DNA of 64,000 nucleotides from a virus (Duplodnaviria; Heunggongvirae; Uroviricota; Caudoviricetes): IMG/VR virus record IMGVR_UViG_643348549_000020; one strand, 5' to 3'. Shown piece by piece: positions 61,028 to 64,000 of this stretch (position 1 is its first letter; each line of letters starts with the position of its first letter). The notes under the pieces were generated by a model. It saw only the letters and a program-made list of their open reading frames with translations, ran no database searches and was not told where the DNA came from. The position numbers and the translations under genes were made by a program.

Positions 61028-63007
61028 TCAGGCCACCGACGAACGCACCAGCCCGCGCCAGTCAAGTGGTGCCACTCCGGCATCAATACGGATTTTTGTG
61101 GCAATGCCGTCAGTGGTGAAACCTTCCTGCTGATCAATGTATGGCGTGTCCACACCATCCAGCCAGGCCACTTCAATGGTGTCAGTGCCCTGTGCCGCCG
61201 CCAGATACCAGGTTTTCGGGTCTGCCGCATCAAGACGCGCTTCTGCAATCACCTCAGCAAAGTTCTGGATAGGGTTAATGACACCGGCGTTTGCATCCGC
61301 CCCTTTCACACTGGCCGATTTGATGGTCTGGTTCGCCACCGTCTCCAGTGCCACCGGTACCAGCATAAAGGCCGGACGGATATTCAGGGCACGATCGCCT
61401 TCTTTCTGCAGGCGCATCATCTGACGGGCCGCATCCAGTCCGGAAACGGAGATCCCCCCGGTGGCAATATTTTTGTGATCGGCATGGAACAGCGCCTTAC
61501 CGTCGGACAGTTTCGGGTTATCCGTCAGCACCTTGTAGACCAGGTCACCAATCGTTGCCTTCGCCGCACGCCCCATCTTCATCGGCACGTCCACCAGCAT
61601 ATTCAGATCATCATTGATAATGGCCTGGCGGGTGATGGAGAAAATCTCCCCGTAAGTGGCCAGTGCAATGGTCTCCTTGCGATCTGAGGTGGTGATGTAT
61701 TTATACTCCGCCCCCTCACGAACCTGGCGCAGAGAACCAAAACCGCCCATCCCCACGCGATACGCTGTTTTGAAGTCTGACAGGCGTCCCTTACGGGTCC
61801 ACTTCTGGAAGGTTTCTTCTGATTCCTCCCAGCCCTGGATCAGCCCCTTGTTCGACACATCCAGCAGAATATTGCCAAAATCAGAGGTGCTGTGCGTCAG
61901 CGCCAGCCCGACCATCTGCATGGGGTTATAACTGGCCACCCCAATACCGCGCTCCGTCAGTGACATGCGAGCCCATTCACGCAGGGTCATCCCGTTATAG
62001 GCGTTATCCTTCTCGACATTTTCAAATCCGGCACGGGCCAGCATCGCCTGGCGGATCCCGTCCCCCACAAAATTGCCGTTTCCGGCATAAATATGGGCCG
62101 GTGTATTTTTGTTGGTCGGCGAGGACTCCTTGCCCATTTCATTCAGCAGTCGTTCACGGGCCATTTCCAGCGAACAGTCAGGATCAGCCACGCACTGTGC
62201 CTGAAGCGTCTGATAGCGACCACCGAACATGGCAAACAGATCGTTAATGCCTGACATGCGGGCTTTCTGTTCTGCCATAACGCGGGCGCGAATGGTCGCC
62301 TCATCAGACACTGCCGGTACCGGTGATGGTTCTGTTACCGCCGGTGCAGGGATTGTCACTGTGGTATCACGCGGGGCACTGTTGCGTGGCGGAGTAATCA
62401 TGTTTCGGATGGATTCCGGCATCTTTTTAAATTCCTCTGTACGTTTTGACTGAATACATGCCATTGCCTCAACAGCGGGTGTCACCTGGTCAGCAAATCC
62501 GTGTGCCAGACATTCGGCACCGGACATCCAGGTTTCATCCGCCAGCATGGCGGCAATTTCATCGGTGGTTTTTCCGGTTTTCTGCGCATAGGCTGGCAAC
62601 AGTACCGATTCGACTTTATCCAGCAAATCGGCATAACTGCGCATATCCTCAGCATCCCCGCCACTGAATCCCCATGGCTTATGGATCATCATGAAGGCAT
62701 TTTCCGGCATAATGACCGTATCACCGGCCATCGCAATCACAGATGCCATCGAGGCGGCAACGCCATCCACATACACGGTAATGGTCGCCCCCTGATTTTT
62801 CAGGGCATTAAAAATGGCGATGCCTTCAAAGACATCGCCACCCGGTGAATTGATATGGAGATTAATGTGGGTGATATCACCCAGTGCATTCAGTTCGCTG
62901 ACAAACTGCTTCGCGGTAACTCCCCAGAAACCAATCTCGTCATAAATATAAATATCCGCGTCACCCGGCCCCCCAGCCTGCATCCTGAACCAGGATTTAT
63001 TCTTCAT
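61028..63007 (-). CDS. Copy Y: ClpP-like prohead protease fused to HK97-fold major capsid protein (start at ATG 63007; frame is open to 63199)
   Basis: ClpP motif and capsid-like C-terminus; start overlaps portal stop by 11 nt. Confidence 0.75.
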   Translation of the reverse strand: MKNKSWFRMQAGGPGDADIYIYDEIGFWGVTAKQFVSELNALGDITHINLHINSPGGDVFEGIAIFNALKNQGATITVYVDGVAASMASVIAMAGDTVIMPENAFMMIHKPWGFSGGDAEDMRSYADLLDKVESVLLPAYAQKTGKTTDEIAAMLADETWMSGAECLAHGFADQVTPAVEAMACIQSKRTEEFKKMPESIRNMITPPRNSAPRDTTVTIPAPAVTEPSPVPAVSDEATIRARVMAEQKARMSGINDLFAMFGGRYQTLQAQCVADPDCSLEMARERLLNEMGKESSPTNKNTPAHIYAGNGNFVGDGIRQAMLARAGFENVEKDNAYNGMTLREWARMSLTERGIGVASYNPMQMVGLALTHSTSDFGNILLDVSNKGLIQGWEESEETFQKWTRKGRLSDFKTAYRVGMGGFGSLRQVREGAEYKYITTSDRKETIALATYGEIFSITRQAIINDDLNMLVDVPMKMGRAAKATIGDLVYKVLTDNPKLSDGKALFHADHKNIATGGISVSGLDAARQMMRLQKEGDRALNIRPAFMLVPVALETVANQTIKSASVKGADANAGVINPIQNFAEVIAEARLDAADPKTWYLAAAQGTDTIEVAWLDGVDTPYIDQQEGFTTDGIATKIRIDAGVAPLDWRGLVRSSVA

Positions 63008-63989
63008 GCTGGCTTTCGGTGTCGCGCTGATACTGTCGTTCAGTTCCGGCACTGTTGCCTCCTTTGTCGTTGACGGGGTCAGTATCAAAGACCAGCCCCA
63101 GTCTGCTGTTTTCATCAATTTCAGCCTTGCGGCGACGTTTGACCTCATCCGGATTGCGCCCACCAGCACGCACCCAGTCAGATTCTGTCGCTGCACCACC
63201 CCGGATCTGAATTCTCCAGGCTTCAGCTTCCTTAACCGGGTCGATCCACGGCATCACCGGACCGGAATACGTCGCGTTATATAGCGTTTTCATCTCCACA
63301 TCCGCCGGAATTTTCAGCAGACCTGCCGCAACCACCATATTCAGCCATGTCCGGTACACCGGGCGGGTTACCGCGCCAATAAAACAGTCCTGCAGGATCA
63401 GGTAACCATCCGTGGACTCGACCAACTCCTGCCGCTGGGCGCTGTAGGTGCCGTTATAGTTACGCGCCGCACTGGAAAAACTCAGACGACTGCCTGCTGC
63501 CACTGCACGCAACTGGCCGTTGCGGAAAGTTTCAAGGTTGGGATTGGGACGGTCAGATTTGACCATGCCGATATCCTCGCCCTTGCGCAAATCGTCATAA
63601 ATAATACCCGGGGTGATATGGACTTCCCGCTCGGTCTCTTTGCTCCCCGGATCTTCATAGTCCTGTCCGTCACCTTTACGGATATACAGTCCCAGCGCCG
63701 CAGCAATACGCGCCGCTGTCAGTTCCGCATCCTCATACTCCTTAAGGGCACTGATCCGCATCAGCACCCCCGATAACATGGATGAGCCTCGCGTCTGATG
63801 CAGACGACGAGTGAACTTCAGGTGGATCATTTTTCCGGCAGCGATTTCTTTCGTATCACTCTGCCGGCCTCTGACCGGATAATTTTTATAAACCAGATAT
63901 TTTTTCGGTCTTCCCCACTCATCAAGAAAAACCCCCTGATTCAGTCCGGCGGATTCATCAGTGCGCATGGGAACAAAATCCGGCTCCAT
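62997..63989 (-). CDS. Copy Y: portal protein, 3' part only (gene continues beyond the window end)
   Basis: Colinear with the N-terminal part of the X fusion ORF but ends with its own stop at 62997. Confidence 0.75.
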   Translation of the reverse strand: MEPDFVPMRTDESAGLNQGVFLDEWGRPKKYLVYKNYPVRGRQSDTKEIAAGKMIHLKFTRRLHQTRGSSMLSGVLMRISALKEYEDAELTAARIAAALGLYIRKGDGQDYEDPGSKETEREVHITPGIIYDDLRKGEDIGMVKSDRPNPNLETFRNGQLRAVAAGSRLSFSSAARNYNGTYSAQRQELVESTDGYLILQDCFIGAVTRPVYRTWLNMVVAAGLLKIPADVEMKTLYNATYSGPVMPWIDPVKEAEAWRIQIRGGAATESDWVRAGGRNPDEVKRRRKAEIDENSRLGLVFDTDPVNDKGGNSAGTERQYQRDTESQHEE

Positions 63990-64000
63990 CGCCTCAAGCC

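Overview
The window is an Escherichia/Shigella-type chromosomal segment dominated by two co-linear, closely related lambdoid prophages, both transcribed on the minus strand. Prophage X (about 290-44120) looks complete: a 5' fragment of mlrA/yehV, DinI-like gene, collagen-like tail fibre, Lom, tail genes J-I-K-L-M-H-T/G-V-U-Z, an HK97-type head module (here read as one fused portal/ClpP-protease/capsid ORF), terminase, cos region, lysis cassette (S, R, Ant-like, Rz/Rz1), NanS-p esterase, a tRNA-like remnant, a DNA methyltransferase, Q-like antiterminator, RusA, a DUF968 protein, hok, a block of small early genes, P/O-like replication genes with iterons, a Qin-like dicC/dicA immunity region, ydfABC-like ORFs, DicF sRNA, dicB, ydfD, an 814-aa exonuclease, xis and int, ending in a phage-type ompW 3' end. 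Between the prophages (44120-46640) lie an unassigned segment, an OspG/NleH-family effector-kinase gene and an IS1 copy. Prophage Y (46640 to the window end) repeats the tail and head module with patchwise divergence and has separate portal and protease/capsid ORFs. No Shiga toxin genes and no CRISPR array were seen. I found no obviously new multi-gene system; the best candidates for a second look are the unassigned early-gene block, the small hydrophobic peptide next to hok, the portal frame fusion, the aberrant tRNA-like gene and the unassigned DNA next to ospG. All homology calls are from reading the translations and recalled family signatures, not from a database search.
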